NCBI GenBank assembly: GCA_964413715.1
Contig: CAYPSN010000002.1
Coordinates: forward strand, 850-64,849
Source: an uncultured Candidatus Saccharibacteria bacterium
Lineage (GTDB): Bacteria; Patescibacteriota; Saccharimonadia; CAILAD01; JADZBC01
Direction of reading: 5' to 3'
DNA: 64,000 nucleotides
The translations under genes and the position numbers were made by a program. Within the stretch, counting starts at the first letter, position 1; the number at the start of each line of letters is the position of its first letter. The notes below the pieces were generated by a model. It saw only the letters and a list, made by a program, of their open reading frames with translations, did not search any database and was not told where the DNA came from. This document shows, in pieces, positions 46,911 to 57,137 of the stretch.

Positions 46911-48665
46911 ATGAAAAACATCCTCAAACTTACAAAGTACCTAAAGACTGAGAAAAAACCAATCGCTATTGTAGGCTTCTTTAGTCTTGTAATGGGATTA
47001 GTGTCTGCTATTTTGCCACTTCAATTTAAGCGCATCGTAGATAATGTAGCAGAAGCAACAAAGAACCCCGGACCCGACACGACTCAGCAAGTTGCTTTAT
47101 CTGTACTGTTGCTAGGATCACTCTTAATCGGCAATGTGATTCTGCAGTACTTTAATGAGAAGTATTCGGACATCATACGAATGCGAATCCTCACAATACT
47201 CCGACAGAGGATCTACCCGAAGGTCATTGACCTGTCGGTGGATTACATTGAAAAACATCAACCAGGTGCGGTCATACAGAGGGTAACGCAAGGCATTGGT
47301 GATTTCCAAATGTGGATCTTTAGTGTTGCAGAATGGCTATTTTCTCTCTTAACAAGCACCGTATTCATACTTATTATCATATGGACCAAAAGTACAGCGA
47401 TGGGCCTCCTCTTCGTAGTAGCCCTCCCTCTGATGGTATGGCTAAATTTCCGCAAAGTTAACAGAGCTAAAGAATCTAAAGTTAAGGCAAATAAATACTA
47501 TGAAAAATTTGCTGGCGCATTTACGGAAAGTATAGGCCAACTAACAACAATTAAAACTATGTCGGCGGAACACCGAACCCAAGGCAAGATTGAAAACCTG
47601 ACAAATAGTATCCTAGATTTTCGACTGCAGCAGTTTTCAATTGAACGAAACCACAATGTCGCTCGCGATATTATAGGCAACCTCGCCGTAGCTACCTCAG
47701 TGGTCATTGCGGCCTACTATGCCCTGAAAGGTAAGTTTACTCCGGGGGATCTCTTCTTGGTAATTTTCTATAGTCGAGATCTCGTCGGATCGATCAACCC
47801 AATTAGTCGGTTTATACAGAATACTTCGGATGTCGAAGTTACTGCTGAGCGTCTCGTCAGCTTCTTGGAAACGAAACCCAACTTGGTTGACCAGCCTGAT
47901 GCTCTCCCGCTCGTGCAACTAGAAAGTATCGAATTTAAAAACGTAGGATTTAGCTATCCTCAGGGCAAGAAAGGAGCAATAAAGAACATAAGTTTCAAGA
48001 TTGATGAAAACAAAACTATAGCACTCGTTGGCCCAAGTGGCACTGGCAAAAGCACAATTACAAAACTCTTACTGCGCTTCTACGAGCCTACCGAGGGGCA
48101 GATACTAATTAATGGCCAAGACGTAGGTAATTATACTCAAGAGTCTGTGCGTCAACATATTGGAATGGTCATGCAGGATGTTGCACTTTTTAACACAACC
48201 ATCGAAGAAAACTTGGGCATGGCAAATGCTCATGCGAATAAGGAGAATGTTATCCACGCCGCCAAACAAGCTCATGCTGATGACTTTATTCAAGATCTCC
48301 CTAAAAAGTATAAAACCTTAGTAGGTGAACGAGGTATTAAACTCTCGGGTGGTCAAAAACAACGCGTAGCAATTGCTCGAGCCATACTAAAAGACCCCCA
48401 GCTCATCATCCTAGACGAAGCTACGAGTGCGCTGGACAGTGAATCTGAACGACTTGTGCAGGATGGCCTCAAAAAGCTCATGGCCGGCCGTAGCGCCCTC
48501 GTAATCGCCCACCGCTTAAGCACAATTATGCATGCTGATGAAATATTGGTTCTTAAAAACGGCAAGGTTGCCGAGCGCGGTACACATGCCGAACTCATTA
48601 ATCAGACAGGGCTATATAAAAAGCTGTTCGATCTGCAATCTGCCAGCGGCAAAGTTAAGTTGTAA
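46911..48665 (+). CDS. ABC transporter permease/ATPase (paralogous half-transporter, likely heterodimer partner)
   Basis: Same architecture; NBD nucleotide sequence near-identical in long stretches to the upstream paralogue. Confidence 0.85.
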   Translation: MKNILKLTKYLKTEKKPIAIVGFFSLVMGLVSAILPLQFKRIVDNVAEATKNPGPDTTQQVALSVLLLGSLLIGNVILQYFNEKYSDIIRMRILTILRQRIYPKVIDLSVDYIEKHQPGAVIQRVTQGIGDFQMWIFSVAEWLFSLLTSTVFILIIIWTKSTAMGLLFVVALPLMVWLNFRKVNRAKESKVKANKYYEKFAGAFTESIGQLTTIKTMSAEHRTQGKIENLTNSILDFRLQQFSIERNHNVARDIIGNLAVATSVVIAAYYALKGKFTPGDLFLVIFYSRDLVGSINPISRFIQNTSDVEVTAERLVSFLETKPNLVDQPDALPLVQLESIEFKNVGFSYPQGKKGAIKNISFKIDENKTIALVGPSGTGKSTITKLLLRFYEPTEGQILINGQDVGNYTQESVRQHIGMVMQDVALFNTTIEENLGMANAHANKENVIHAAKQAHADDFIQDLPKKYKTLVGERGIKLSGGQKQRVAIARAILKDPQLIILDEATSALDSESERLVQDGLKKLMAGRSALVIAHRLSTIMHADEILVLKNGKVAERGTHAELINQTGLYKKLFDLQSASGKVKL

Positions 48666-48725
48666 TCTCTGCTAAAAACTCAATGCGCTTGAGTACTTAG
48701 GAAAGAAAGGATACATGCAAGCCTT

Positions 48726-48747
48726 GCGGGGGCCCGAAGGCCCCCGC
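48726..48747 (-). terminator. GC-rich hairpin terminator of orphan Zn-ribbon gene
   Basis: GCGGGGGCC-CGAA-GGCCCCCGC, 3 nt after the stop; pyrimidine-rich run follows on the minus strand. Confidence 0.6.
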
Positions 48748-48750
48748 CGA

Positions 48751-49032
48751 TCAGCTTGCGACGGGCTGCAGATGGCGCGACTTGCGCACCCGCGGTCTGG
48801 TTCCGTCCTCCTTGATCATGCGCCGGCCGCCCAGGTAGTGCTTGAGTGCCTGGTGGGTCATCCAGCAACGCACGTTGCAGAACGCCTCGCCCGAGTCGTC
48901 GTACGAGAACCGAGTTCTCCTCGACTCCTTGCACTGTTCGCACTTCCCTTCCGGCTCCGCCTCTCGCAAGAGGAAGAACTTGGTTCCAGGGAACCGCACT
49001 CTGACACACTTGGTGTCGTGTTGCTTCGCCAC
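48751..49032 (-). CDS. orphan high-GC zinc-ribbon protein (93 aa)
   Basis: Perfect SD AGGAGG-6 nt-GTG; CVRV..CEQC..CNVRC Cys pattern. Within a ~440-bp visibly GC-rich insert between the ABC pair and rnj. Confidence 0.5.
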   Translation of the reverse strand: MAKQHDTKCVRVRFPGTKFFLLREAEPEGKCEQCKESRRTRFSYDDSGEAFCNVRCWMTHQALKHYLGGRRMIKEDGTRPRVRKSRHLQPVAS

Positions 49033-49217
49033 GAATGACCTCCTAGGTCGATGGTAAGTTGGGCGAACTCTGATCCTTGGCTAAAGCAAGGTCCAGTAGC
49101 GTGCGCTCTCGTGAGAAGAACGCACATTACCGAACCCTGCTGCATGCATCCTTGTAATGAACCTTGAACTAAATCAAAGTGGAATACATTTTATACTCAA
49201 TAGTGTGTTTTGTCAAG

Positions 49218-51254
49218 CTAAACTTCGATGACCACAGGCACGACAATTGGATTGCGCTTGGTCACTTTGTACAAGTAGTTCGACAATTCGTCGCGCATTT
49301 TCGTCTTGATAATCAGCGAATTCGGCGGTGTTGAACGATCTCGCGAATCAAAGATGTTTTTGACTATTTGTCGCGACTTGTTAATCAACTCTTCGTTGTC
49401 CTTCATATACACAAAGCCACGCGAAATGATGTCTGGGCTGGTGGTGAGACGGCCAGAACGCTTATCAACTGTAGCAATTGCTGTGAATATTCCGTCACTT
49501 CCCATCGCCTTTCGGTCGTTCAATACAACCGCCTGCACGTCGCCAATGCCATTACCATCGATAAACACAATGCCGTTTTGTACAATCGGGCCTTTTTGCA
49601 CTGTCTTACCATCTGCTACCAAAGTTTGGCCGTTTTCAATTACAAACACATGGTCGTTATCGTAGCCTTTGCGCTCAGCAATCTTGGCATTGTGAACCAA
49701 GTGATGAACTTCGCCATGAATTGGCAAGAAGTACTTAGGTCGAACCAAGTCAATCATCTCTTCAATTTCTTCGGTCCAAGCGTGACCCGAAGTGTGTAGG
49801 ATGCCTAAATCATCGAACTTGGCCGTAGCACCTTGGTACACATATGTTCCCCAGCGGTACAAATTGTCTACCATACCCCAAACCGACTTCTCATTGCCCG
49901 GGATGATTGAGGAACTCAAGATAACCACGTCGGTTTCTTTGAGCTTCACATCGCGATGTTCGCCACGACCCATACGGTTCAGGCCACCCATTTCCTCGCC
50001 CTGTGATCCGGTAGTTAGAACAGCCAACTGACCATCTTGGTACTTACCCATTTCTTGAGCGTTAATCATCAGTCCGGTTGGTACCTTAACGTAACCTAGC
50101 TTCATAGCCAGCTCAATGTTATTGAGCATACTGCGGCCAGTCACTACCAACTTACGGTTAGCCTTGGCAATAGCATCAATAATGATCTGCATACGCGTAA
50201 CCTGACTCGAGAACGACGCAATGATAACGCGTTTATTGTAGTTCTGAATCAGAACATCATCGATAGTCTCAACAATTTCCTGTTCAGTTGGTGACTTTCC
50301 TACCACCTCACAGTTCGTACTATCACTCATCAGCATCAACACGCCTTCATCACCCAATTCTTTCAGGCGCTGCTTATTAGAAAGCTTACCGTCCACTGGG
50401 TTTTCTTCGAATCGCCAGTCGCCGGTGTCGATTATGGTACCGACTGGTGTACGAATAGCGAGCGCACAAGCATCAGGGATTGAGTGGGTAATGCGGATAA
50501 ACTCTACCGAGAAAACACCGGCTTGAATGCGTTCACCTGCGTCTTGGTCGACAATACGCAAGTCTGGCTTAAACGGCAAACGATATTCTTCAAGCTGGCG
50601 CTCAATGAATTTAATGCTAAATTTCGCACCAAACACTGGTGCTGGCATTTTAGGTAGCAGGAATGGCACACCACCAACGTGATCGAGGTGAGCGTGAGTT
50701 ATAAAGTGCCCACGGATTTTATGCTTTCGTTCTTCAAGATACGTAACGTCGGGGATAATGAGGTCTACCCCTGGCTCATCGATTCCTGGGAACGAAAAGC
50801 CCAAGTCCAACACGATAATGTCGTCTTCGTACTCCAAGGCCATGACGTTTTTACCAATTTCGCCAAGTCCGCCGAGCGGGATGATTTTGAGCTTACCAGC
50901 GTCGGCTTTGCTGGTTTGAGCACGCACTACTTTTGGCGCAGTGCTGTTTTGATTAAAGCTACCAGTCACAAAGTTAGATCGTCCATCACGACCACGTCGT
51001 GGACCACCTGGTCGTCCACCACTGCGTGGCCCACGCTGCTGACCCGATTGGCTACGCGACTTGCCGCCACGGTTTTGACCTTCGCCGTCTTTCGGCTGCG
51101 AGCGTCGGTTATTGTTATTTTGTCGAGTGTCCTGCGTGGTTGGCTGCACGAGCGTATCTCTGGCAGGAGTCGATGATTTTGCAATTGGCTTCTTACTGGC
51201 CGGCATACCGAGATCCTCGGCGCTTAATGGTCGTGAAGCTAAATTATTACTCAT
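49218..51254 (-). CDS. rnj: ribonuclease J with Arg/Gly-rich N-terminal extension
   Basis: HFITHAHLDHVGG metallo-beta-lactamase motif plus beta-CASP; N-terminal QNRGGKSRSQSGQQRGPRSGGRPGGPRRGRDGR. Confidence 0.9.
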   Translation of the reverse strand: MSNNLASRPLSAEDLGMPASKKPIAKSSTPARDTLVQPTTQDTRQNNNNRRSQPKDGEGQNRGGKSRSQSGQQRGPRSGGRPGGPRRGRDGRSNFVTGSFNQNSTAPKVVRAQTSKADAGKLKIIPLGGLGEIGKNVMALEYEDDIIVLDLGFSFPGIDEPGVDLIIPDVTYLEERKHKIRGHFITHAHLDHVGGVPFLLPKMPAPVFGAKFSIKFIERQLEEYRLPFKPDLRIVDQDAGERIQAGVFSVEFIRITHSIPDACALAIRTPVGTIIDTGDWRFEENPVDGKLSNKQRLKELGDEGVLMLMSDSTNCEVVGKSPTEQEIVETIDDVLIQNYNKRVIIASFSSQVTRMQIIIDAIAKANRKLVVTGRSMLNNIELAMKLGYVKVPTGLMINAQEMGKYQDGQLAVLTTGSQGEEMGGLNRMGRGEHRDVKLKETDVVILSSSIIPGNEKSVWGMVDNLYRWGTYVYQGATAKFDDLGILHTSGHAWTEEIEEMIDLVRPKYFLPIHGEVHHLVHNAKIAERKGYDNDHVFVIENGQTLVADGKTVQKGPIVQNGIVFIDGNGIGDVQAVVLNDRKAMGSDGIFTAIATVDKRSGRLTTSPDIISRGFVYMKDNEELINKSRQIVKNIFDSRDRSTPPNSLIIKTKMRDELSNYLYKVTKRNPIVVPVVIEV

Positions 51255-51358
51255 AGATATAAATTTTCCTTTCTTTACTGGTTATGAGTCATTCTGAATA
51301 TGATTCAGAATCCCTGGTCCTACTAAACGGGTGTTTAGCGAGAGACCCTGAAATCTAT

Positions 51359-51955
51359 TCACAAGGACAGTTTTTTAAGAATGCTGGGGATTTTTTGAAA
51401 ATCTTCCTGCAAAGTAGCCCGCATACCGCCGTTATACAACGCTGCTGCCGGGTGATACAGAGGCAAGAATACTTGGTTGGCCAACGTTAGCTCGCCAACT
51501 TTTACCGTCTGCTTAATAGCATGGCCGTGTGCTTGGCTAATTTTCAAATCCGGGAAGAAAACATTCATAGAATGCCGGCCCAAAAACACCACGAGCTTCG
51601 GCCGGATTACTTTGATCTGTTCAATCAGGTACGGCAGACAAGCTGCAATTTCTTCTTTGCTCGGGTCACGATTGTCGGGTGGACGAAACTTTACAATGTT
51701 GGTTATAAACACGTCTTCGCGCCGTAAGCCAATAAGTTCGAGCATTTCGCCCAGGAACTTTCCGCTTGCACCCACGAAAGGTCGCCCTTCCCTATCTTCC
51801 TGTGCCCCGGGGGCTTCACCCACAAACATGATGTCTGCTTCTGGGTCACCCTCGCCGGGCACAGGGTTCAAGCAACTGTGCGCGATGTCGATGGCAAGTT
51901 CGCGGCTTTTGATCCGGTCGGCAATTGCATCGAGCTGTGTTGCTTGGTCTGACAT
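51359..51955 (-). CDS. uracil-DNA glycosylase, family 4
   Basis: FVGEAPGAQEDREGRPFVGASGKFL motif. Confidence 0.85.
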   Translation of the reverse strand: MSDQATQLDAIADRIKSRELAIDIAHSCLNPVPGEGDPEADIMFVGEAPGAQEDREGRPFVGASGKFLGEMLELIGLRREDVFITNIVKFRPPDNRDPSKEEIAACLPYLIEQIKVIRPKLVVFLGRHSMNVFFPDLKISQAHGHAIKQTVKVGELTLANQVFLPLYHPAAALYNGGMRATLQEDFQKIPSILKKLSL

Positions 51956-51965
51956 GTCAATTAGC

Positions 51966-54113
51966 TTACTGCTCGTCGAGAACCTTTTTACTGAGATTCA
52001 ATCGGCCTTGGCCATCGATCTCCACAAGCTTCACGTCAAACTCATCACCTTCTTTGAGAACCTTGTGAATGTCCTCGACACGATCTTTGGAAATTTGGCT
52101 AATGTGCAGCAGCCCATCTTTGCCAGGCATGATCTCCATAAAAGCACCGAAGTCCATAATGCGCACCACCTTGCCGTGGTACACTTTGCCAACTTCTGGT
52201 TCGGCCACAAGCATTTCGATCCATTCTTTGGCCGCACGAGCAGCAGACTCATCGCGCGATGCAATCATAACCAACCCACTGTCGTCGATGTCAATTTCGA
52301 CACCAGTTTCGTCGATAATTCGATTGATCATTTCGCCGCCCTTACCGATCACTTCGCGGATCTTATCGGGGTTAATGTTCAGCTTCGTGATGCGTGGTGC
52401 ATACGGGCTGAGTTCTGTACGTGGCGCATCAAGAATTGCCAAGAGCTTGCCCATAATGTGCGTTCTGCCCTCTTGAGCTTGTGCTAGGGCGTTTTTCATA
52501 ATCTCAATCGTAATGCCTTTGACTTTAATGTCCATCTGAAGCGCCGTAATGCCGTCATCGGTTCCAGCTACCTTAAAGTCCATGTCACCCGCAAAGTCCT
52601 CAGTGCCTTGGATGTCTGATAGCACTACATAAGTGCCGGGCTTATCATGGTCAAGCACTAAGCCCATAGCAATCCCAGCCACCGGCTTGCGCAGAGGCAC
52701 ACCAGCGTCCATCAAGCTCAAAGTTGAACCACACACACTAGCCATCGAGGTTGAGCCATTTGAGCTCAAGATTTCGGAAACGACACGAATTGTGTACGGA
52801 AATTCTTCTACATCAGGTATCATGGCGGCCAAGGCCTTTTCGGCCAAATAGCCGTGGCCAATTTCGCGACGACCAGCCGAGCGCATTGGCTTAGCTTCGC
52901 CCGTGGAATATGGTGGGAAGTTATAGTGATGCATGTAGCGCTTCTTACTGTCTTCTTCCATGGTGTCGATCAGCTGTGCGTCGCTTGCTGGACCAAGCGT
53001 TACTACGCTGAGCGCTTGTGTGCTGCCGCGAGTAAATAGTGCTGAACCATGGGTGCGTGGCAATAAGCCAACTTGTCCGCTAATAGGTCGAATTTCGGTA
53101 GTAGCACGTCCATCGGGTCGCGCACCATCTTTCAAAATCGCCCGGCGGATTTCCATATCAATTACTTTACCGAAGGCATCACCAACTACGCCACGTGCAT
53201 AACGACCAGCATTAGCGCTGTCCATTGGGTCGTTTTCGATAAATGCAAGCTCATCAAGCACAGACTGCTTGAGTTCCTGAATAGACTGCTGGCGCAGCTT
53301 AGCATCTTTGTGTCGGACGCCTTCGCCTAGTTTGCCATCAAGCAAGTGAGCAACTTTTTCCACTACTTCATTCTCGGGGGTACTGAGCTCGTACTGCTGC
53401 GGCTTCACGCCAACGGCGCGCACCATTTCTTCTTGCAGCCCTACAACTGGCTGCCAAGTTTGTTTGGCTAATTCCAGGCCTTGAATGATCGTGTCTTCAT
53501 CCACCTCGTCAGCCTCTGCTTCCACCATCATAATAGCGTCTTTTGTACCGGCTACTACCAGGCTTAATTTGCTCTCAAGCAATTCCTCAGTTGTTGGGTA
53601 CGCTATGAGCTTACCGTCGACCAAACCAACCCTACAGGCACCAACTGGTCCTTCGAACGGTGCGCCTGATAGCATCAAGGCGCTCGAAGCCGCGATAATA
53701 CTTACGACGTCAGGACTGTGCTCCAGGTCAGCACTCAGCACCACCACTACTACCTGCACATCATTACGGTAACCTTTTGGAAACAGTGGTCGAATTGGGC
53801 GGTCAATCAAGCGACTGGTCAAAATAGCCTGCTCACTCGGTCGGCCTTCGCGCTTAACAAACCGACTACCTGAAATCTTGCCTGCAGCATACATCCGCTC
53901 CTCGTAGTCGACCATGAGCGGGAAAAAATCAACACCTTCGCGCGGCTCATTGGCAATCGTTGCCGTCGCCATTACCACAGTGTCGCCGTAACGAACGGTT
54001 ACAGCACCGTCGGCCATAAATGCCAACTTACCTGTCTCGATTGTGAGTTCGCGCCCAGCAAACTGGGTGCTAAATTGTTGTGTTTTACACCCAAATGGAT
54101 GGATTATCTCCAT
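51966..54113 (-). CDS. pnp: polyribonucleotide nucleotidyltransferase
   Basis: Two RNase PH domains plus KH and S1; 715 aa. Confidence 0.95.
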   Translation of the reverse strand: MEIIHPFGCKTQQFSTQFAGRELTIETGKLAFMADGAVTVRYGDTVVMATATIANEPREGVDFFPLMVDYEERMYAAGKISGSRFVKREGRPSEQAILTSRLIDRPIRPLFPKGYRNDVQVVVVVLSADLEHSPDVVSIIAASSALMLSGAPFEGPVGACRVGLVDGKLIAYPTTEELLESKLSLVVAGTKDAIMMVEAEADEVDEDTIIQGLELAKQTWQPVVGLQEEMVRAVGVKPQQYELSTPENEVVEKVAHLLDGKLGEGVRHKDAKLRQQSIQELKQSVLDELAFIENDPMDSANAGRYARGVVGDAFGKVIDMEIRRAILKDGARPDGRATTEIRPISGQVGLLPRTHGSALFTRGSTQALSVVTLGPASDAQLIDTMEEDSKKRYMHHYNFPPYSTGEAKPMRSAGRREIGHGYLAEKALAAMIPDVEEFPYTIRVVSEILSSNGSTSMASVCGSTLSLMDAGVPLRKPVAGIAMGLVLDHDKPGTYVVLSDIQGTEDFAGDMDFKVAGTDDGITALQMDIKVKGITIEIMKNALAQAQEGRTHIMGKLLAILDAPRTELSPYAPRITKLNINPDKIREVIGKGGEMINRIIDETGVEIDIDDSGLVMIASRDESAARAAKEWIEMLVAEPEVGKVYHGKVVRIMDFGAFMEIMPGKDGLLHISQISKDRVEDIHKVLKEGDEFDVKLVEIDGQGRLNLSKKVLDEQ

Positions 54114-54270
54114 ACATCTCCTCTTCTCTCTTTGTCTATATGCAAAGAGTTCTCGTCATAAGTGCCAGAGACAATTGATCAAATAATTAATCACTTAACT
54201 CTATCACTTACATACGAGCAAATTAGTTATTCTTTTTATACCAAAAGGTACGTTTTGCGATACGCAAACT

Positions 54271-54537
54271 CTAGCGTCGAAGTCCGAGTTTTTTTACAAC
54301 TGCGTCGTAGCGCTTGGTGTCTTTCTTCTGTAAATAGTCCAAAAGACGTCGTCTTTTACTCACCATAGCTAGCAAACCACGGCGACTGTGATTGTCACCT
54401 TTGTGGATTTTTAGATGCTCTGTAAGTTGCTTGATTTTTTCAGTAAACAAAGCAATTTGAACCTCTGGCGAGCCAGTGTCCTTACCATGCACAGCATGTG
54501 CTTTAATGAGTGTTTTCTTTTCTTTCGTTTGCAACAT
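54271..54537 (-). CDS. rpsO: 30S ribosomal protein S15
   Basis: [32 protein letters not shown]. Confidence 0.9.
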   Translation of the reverse strand: MLQTKEKKTLIKAHAVHGKDTGSPEVQIALFTEKIKQLTEHLKIHKGDNHSRRGLLAMVSKRRRLLDYLQKKDTKRYDAVVKKLGLRR

Positions 54538-54567
54538 CGTTTCCTTACTTTAGCAGATTATGCGTAA

Positions 54568-55215
54568 TTAATCAATAAGAACAGCGTTTTTGAGGTCGTT
54601 TTCACCGATACGTGTACGCTTCAGCGCACTCATATATGCTCCGGTCTTCAAGTGCGCACCGATGTCTTCGACCAAACTGCGTATGTAAGTGCCGCTTGAT
54701 ACATGAGTCCGAAATGTGACTTTGGGGTAGTGGTAAGTCATAAGTTCCAGGGAAAATATGGTAACGGGGCGGGCTTCAAGCGTCACCTCTTGGCCGGCTC
54801 GAGCCAACTTATAGGCGCGTTGGCCGCCAATTTTGATAGCAGAATACGCTGGCGGTGTCTGCATAATTTCGCCCGTAAAGAAATTGAGCGCCGCTTCCAC
54901 CTCTTCCCTACTTGGTTCGAGAGCAGAGATATGTGTCAGTTCGCCTTCACGATCACCCGTGGTGGAAGTGCTGCCAAGCGTTGCCTCTACCTCATAAACC
55001 TTATCGAGCTTCAAAAAATTATCTGCCTGGCGAGTGTATTCCTTGCCAACCAGGATAATCATAAGTCCTTCGGCCTGAGGATCAAGCGTACCGGCATGGC
55101 CCACTTTGCGAATGCCCGTAGCGCGGCGTACTTGCGCCACCACGCCGAATGAACTTATGCCAACTGGCTTATGTACCAGCCACACTCCCTCGCCGGATAT
55201 TTTTTGCTGCTTCAT
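54568..55215 (-). CDS. truB: tRNA pseudouridine-55 synthase TruB
   Basis: KPVGISSFGVV..HAGTLDPQAEGLMIILVG catalytic Asp motif. Confidence 0.85.
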   Translation of the reverse strand: MKQQKISGEGVWLVHKPVGISSFGVVAQVRRATGIRKVGHAGTLDPQAEGLMIILVGKEYTRQADNFLKLDKVYEVEATLGSTSTTGDREGELTHISALEPSREEVEAALNFFTGEIMQTPPAYSAIKIGGQRAYKLARAGQEVTLEARPVTIFSLELMTYHYPKVTFRTHVSSGTYIRSLVEDIGAHLKTGAYMSALKRTRIGENDLKNAVLID

Positions 55216-55230
55216 GTTTACTAGTATAGC

Positions 55231-56364
55231 CTAGGCTACTTCAAGCGGACTCTTCAGGGCGGATTTTAAACTGGCTGCCTCGACTGCCGTTGATTCTGCC
55301 TGACCATGGTCCGATTTGCTTACTGGGCTGCTCTGCTTTGCTGTTGGAGAGTTTTTTTTTGAGCCGCTTTTTGACTCATCATCGTCGCCTGCACTGTTTT
55401 CCTCTTTCGGCTCTTCCTTTTTAGACTCTTCTGGGGCATCAATTACCGGCTTCTCTGACTTGTCTTCTTTAGCAGGCTTCTCTTCGGCAGGTTTATCTTC
55501 AGATTTTTCTTCTGAGCGCTTGTCTTCTGCGGGCTTAGCTTCTGCCTTTGGCGCAGAATAAACCTTATCCGAGCTCGCCGTAGTTGCTGGCTTTGGCTCA
55601 GTCTTGTCTTTATCTTTCATAGCCAATGCTTTTACGACCGCTTGCTGTTTAGCACCAGCAGAAATCATCTGTGCAGCAATCGTCAGAGCCTTAGCGGTTG
55701 TGGCGGGAGCAGTAAAATTAGCCGTAGTCGACATGAAGCTCGCCAAAAACGCCGTAGCAATTGGCGCATCAATCATGCCTTGGCCAAGGGATTCAATTGT
55801 AGAAATCAAGATTTCTGCCACACAGGTAGCACTGGTATCCACCAGGTTCACGCTACCATATTGCTCATTAATGCGGTGGTAATCAATGTTAATTAAGTGC
55901 AAACCATCGAATATGGTTGGGTTTGCCTCGTGCAAGCGATCAAGCTTAGCAAGCGATGGCACACCTAGGGCGATAACCAGATCAAACTGGTAGGCACCGT
56001 AGCCAAATGTAACGTCTTTGGCAGTAAAATTTCCGCCATGCGGTGTAATAGTAATGTCCAGATTGCTGCCGTTCACATCGTAACGAACCTTATCAACCTG
56101 AGTTGACCGCATATCAACGCTGACCACAAAGTCCCGCACGCCCTGCATGTCGCCCGCCACCATCGAGGTGTCTAGGATGCTTGCCACTTTAGGTAAGCGA
56201 TCGGTAATTACAATATTCGCCACCTTACCTAACTTCGTAAGTACAGCATGTAAACCAACGGCACTAGCCAGTTGGTCATTGCTTGGTTCGCGGCCAGTCA
56301 CAATTAGAATGTTTTCGGCCTGGCGAATCAGTTCGGTTGTTTGCTGTTTAGGTGTTAAATCCAT
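55231..56364 (-). CDS. DHH-family phosphoesterase (NrnA-like) with long Lys/Glu/Pro/Ala-rich disordered C-tail
   Basis: DHH/DHHA1 architecture (NIDYH, GGGH-like) in the rbfA-truB-rpsO-pnp neighbourhood; roughly 130-aa low-complexity tail. Confidence 0.55.
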   Translation of the reverse strand: MDLTPKQQTTELIRQAENILIVTGREPSNDQLASAVGLHAVLTKLGKVANIVITDRLPKVASILDTSMVAGDMQGVRDFVVSVDMRSTQVDKVRYDVNGSNLDITITPHGGNFTAKDVTFGYGAYQFDLVIALGVPSLAKLDRLHEANPTIFDGLHLINIDYHRINEQYGSVNLVDTSATCVAEILISTIESLGQGMIDAPIATAFLASFMSTTANFTAPATTAKALTIAAQMISAGAKQQAVVKALAMKDKDKTEPKPATTASSDKVYSAPKAEAKPAEDKRSEEKSEDKPAEEKPAKEDKSEKPVIDAPEESKKEEPKEENSAGDDDESKSGSKKNSPTAKQSSPVSKSDHGQAESTAVEAASLKSALKSPLEVA

Positions 56365-56457
56365 AAATTACCTTTGAGGTGTAATATAATAGCAATTTTT
56401 TGACGTTTTGTCAATACCAGCACAAGCTTTTTGGCAGTTTTGGCTAAAAAGACAAAT

Positions 56458-56481
56458 GGCCCGGGGATGAATCCCCGGGCC
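56458..56481 (-). terminator. GC-rich hairpin terminator of orphan membrane-protein gene
   Basis: GGCCCGGGGAT-GA-ATCCCCGGGCC; 11-bp perfect stem, T-rich after it on the minus strand. Confidence 0.65.
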
Positions 56482-56485
56482 ATGT

Positions 56486-56728
56486 TCATGCCTCACCCGT
56501 GAAGCTCTTGATGCAAAGCCCAATGAACCAGTAAAAGAACACACTGGCCACCAGCCACACCGCCAAGGGGTGGAAGCCCCATAGGCAGATAGCCGGGTAT
56601 AGACCGAACAGTCCGCTGGTGATGAGCTTCGCCAACAGCAACACCCGCTTCTTCATGTCGGGGTCTGGCCAGCTGGGATCCTCATGGTCAGATTCGCCGC
56701 TCCAACCAGGAAGTTGGTTCCGGTCCAT
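56486..56728 (-). CDS. orphan high-GC 2-TM membrane protein (80 aa)
   Basis: ATG at 56728, 6 nt after AAGGAG; helices VLLLAKLITSGLFGLYPAICLW and AVWLVASVFFYWFIGL. Confidence 0.45.
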   Translation of the reverse strand: MDRNQLPGWSGESDHEDPSWPDPDMKKRVLLLAKLITSGLFGLYPAICLWGFHPLAVWLVASVFFYWFIGLCIKSFTGEA

Positions 56729-57137
56729 GTCACGCTCCTTTGTAGCGTAGAGGTGTGTTGTCAAATTCCTTATACGAACCTGGGCGAATTTTACGCCCCA
56801 CAGCTCAGAAAAACAAGCCGCACTACGATAATCTCATTGACTTTAGCTTCGAAATTGACTAGTATATATAACCCTGTCCGCTTTACCCAAGCTCAAAGCA
56901 AAGGAAGAAAAGGTGCACTGCACACACAATCCCTGCAAACTCACGTGTCCACTCGTTCAATCGATCCTCTCTTGGATCATGGACGCGCTCGACCTCCTGG
57001 GCGACATGATGCTGGGCGCTGCCGAAGCGCTCTGCCATGACATGCACAGGCTACCCCTGTGTAGCCGGTAAGCAAGCGGACAGGCGCACTCGGAGCCTCA
57101 CGGCTTCGGGTGCTCAGTCCAGCAATTATCGCCTGTC

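Noticed and set aside
49306-49799. Plus-strand ORFs inside rnj
   Set aside because: Antisense to RNase J, which has the HxHxDH metallo-beta-lactamase motif.
51477-52487. 336-aa plus-strand ORF across the udg and pnp genes
   Set aside because: Antisense to two confidently identified genes; Ser/Leu-rich composition typical of antisense frames.
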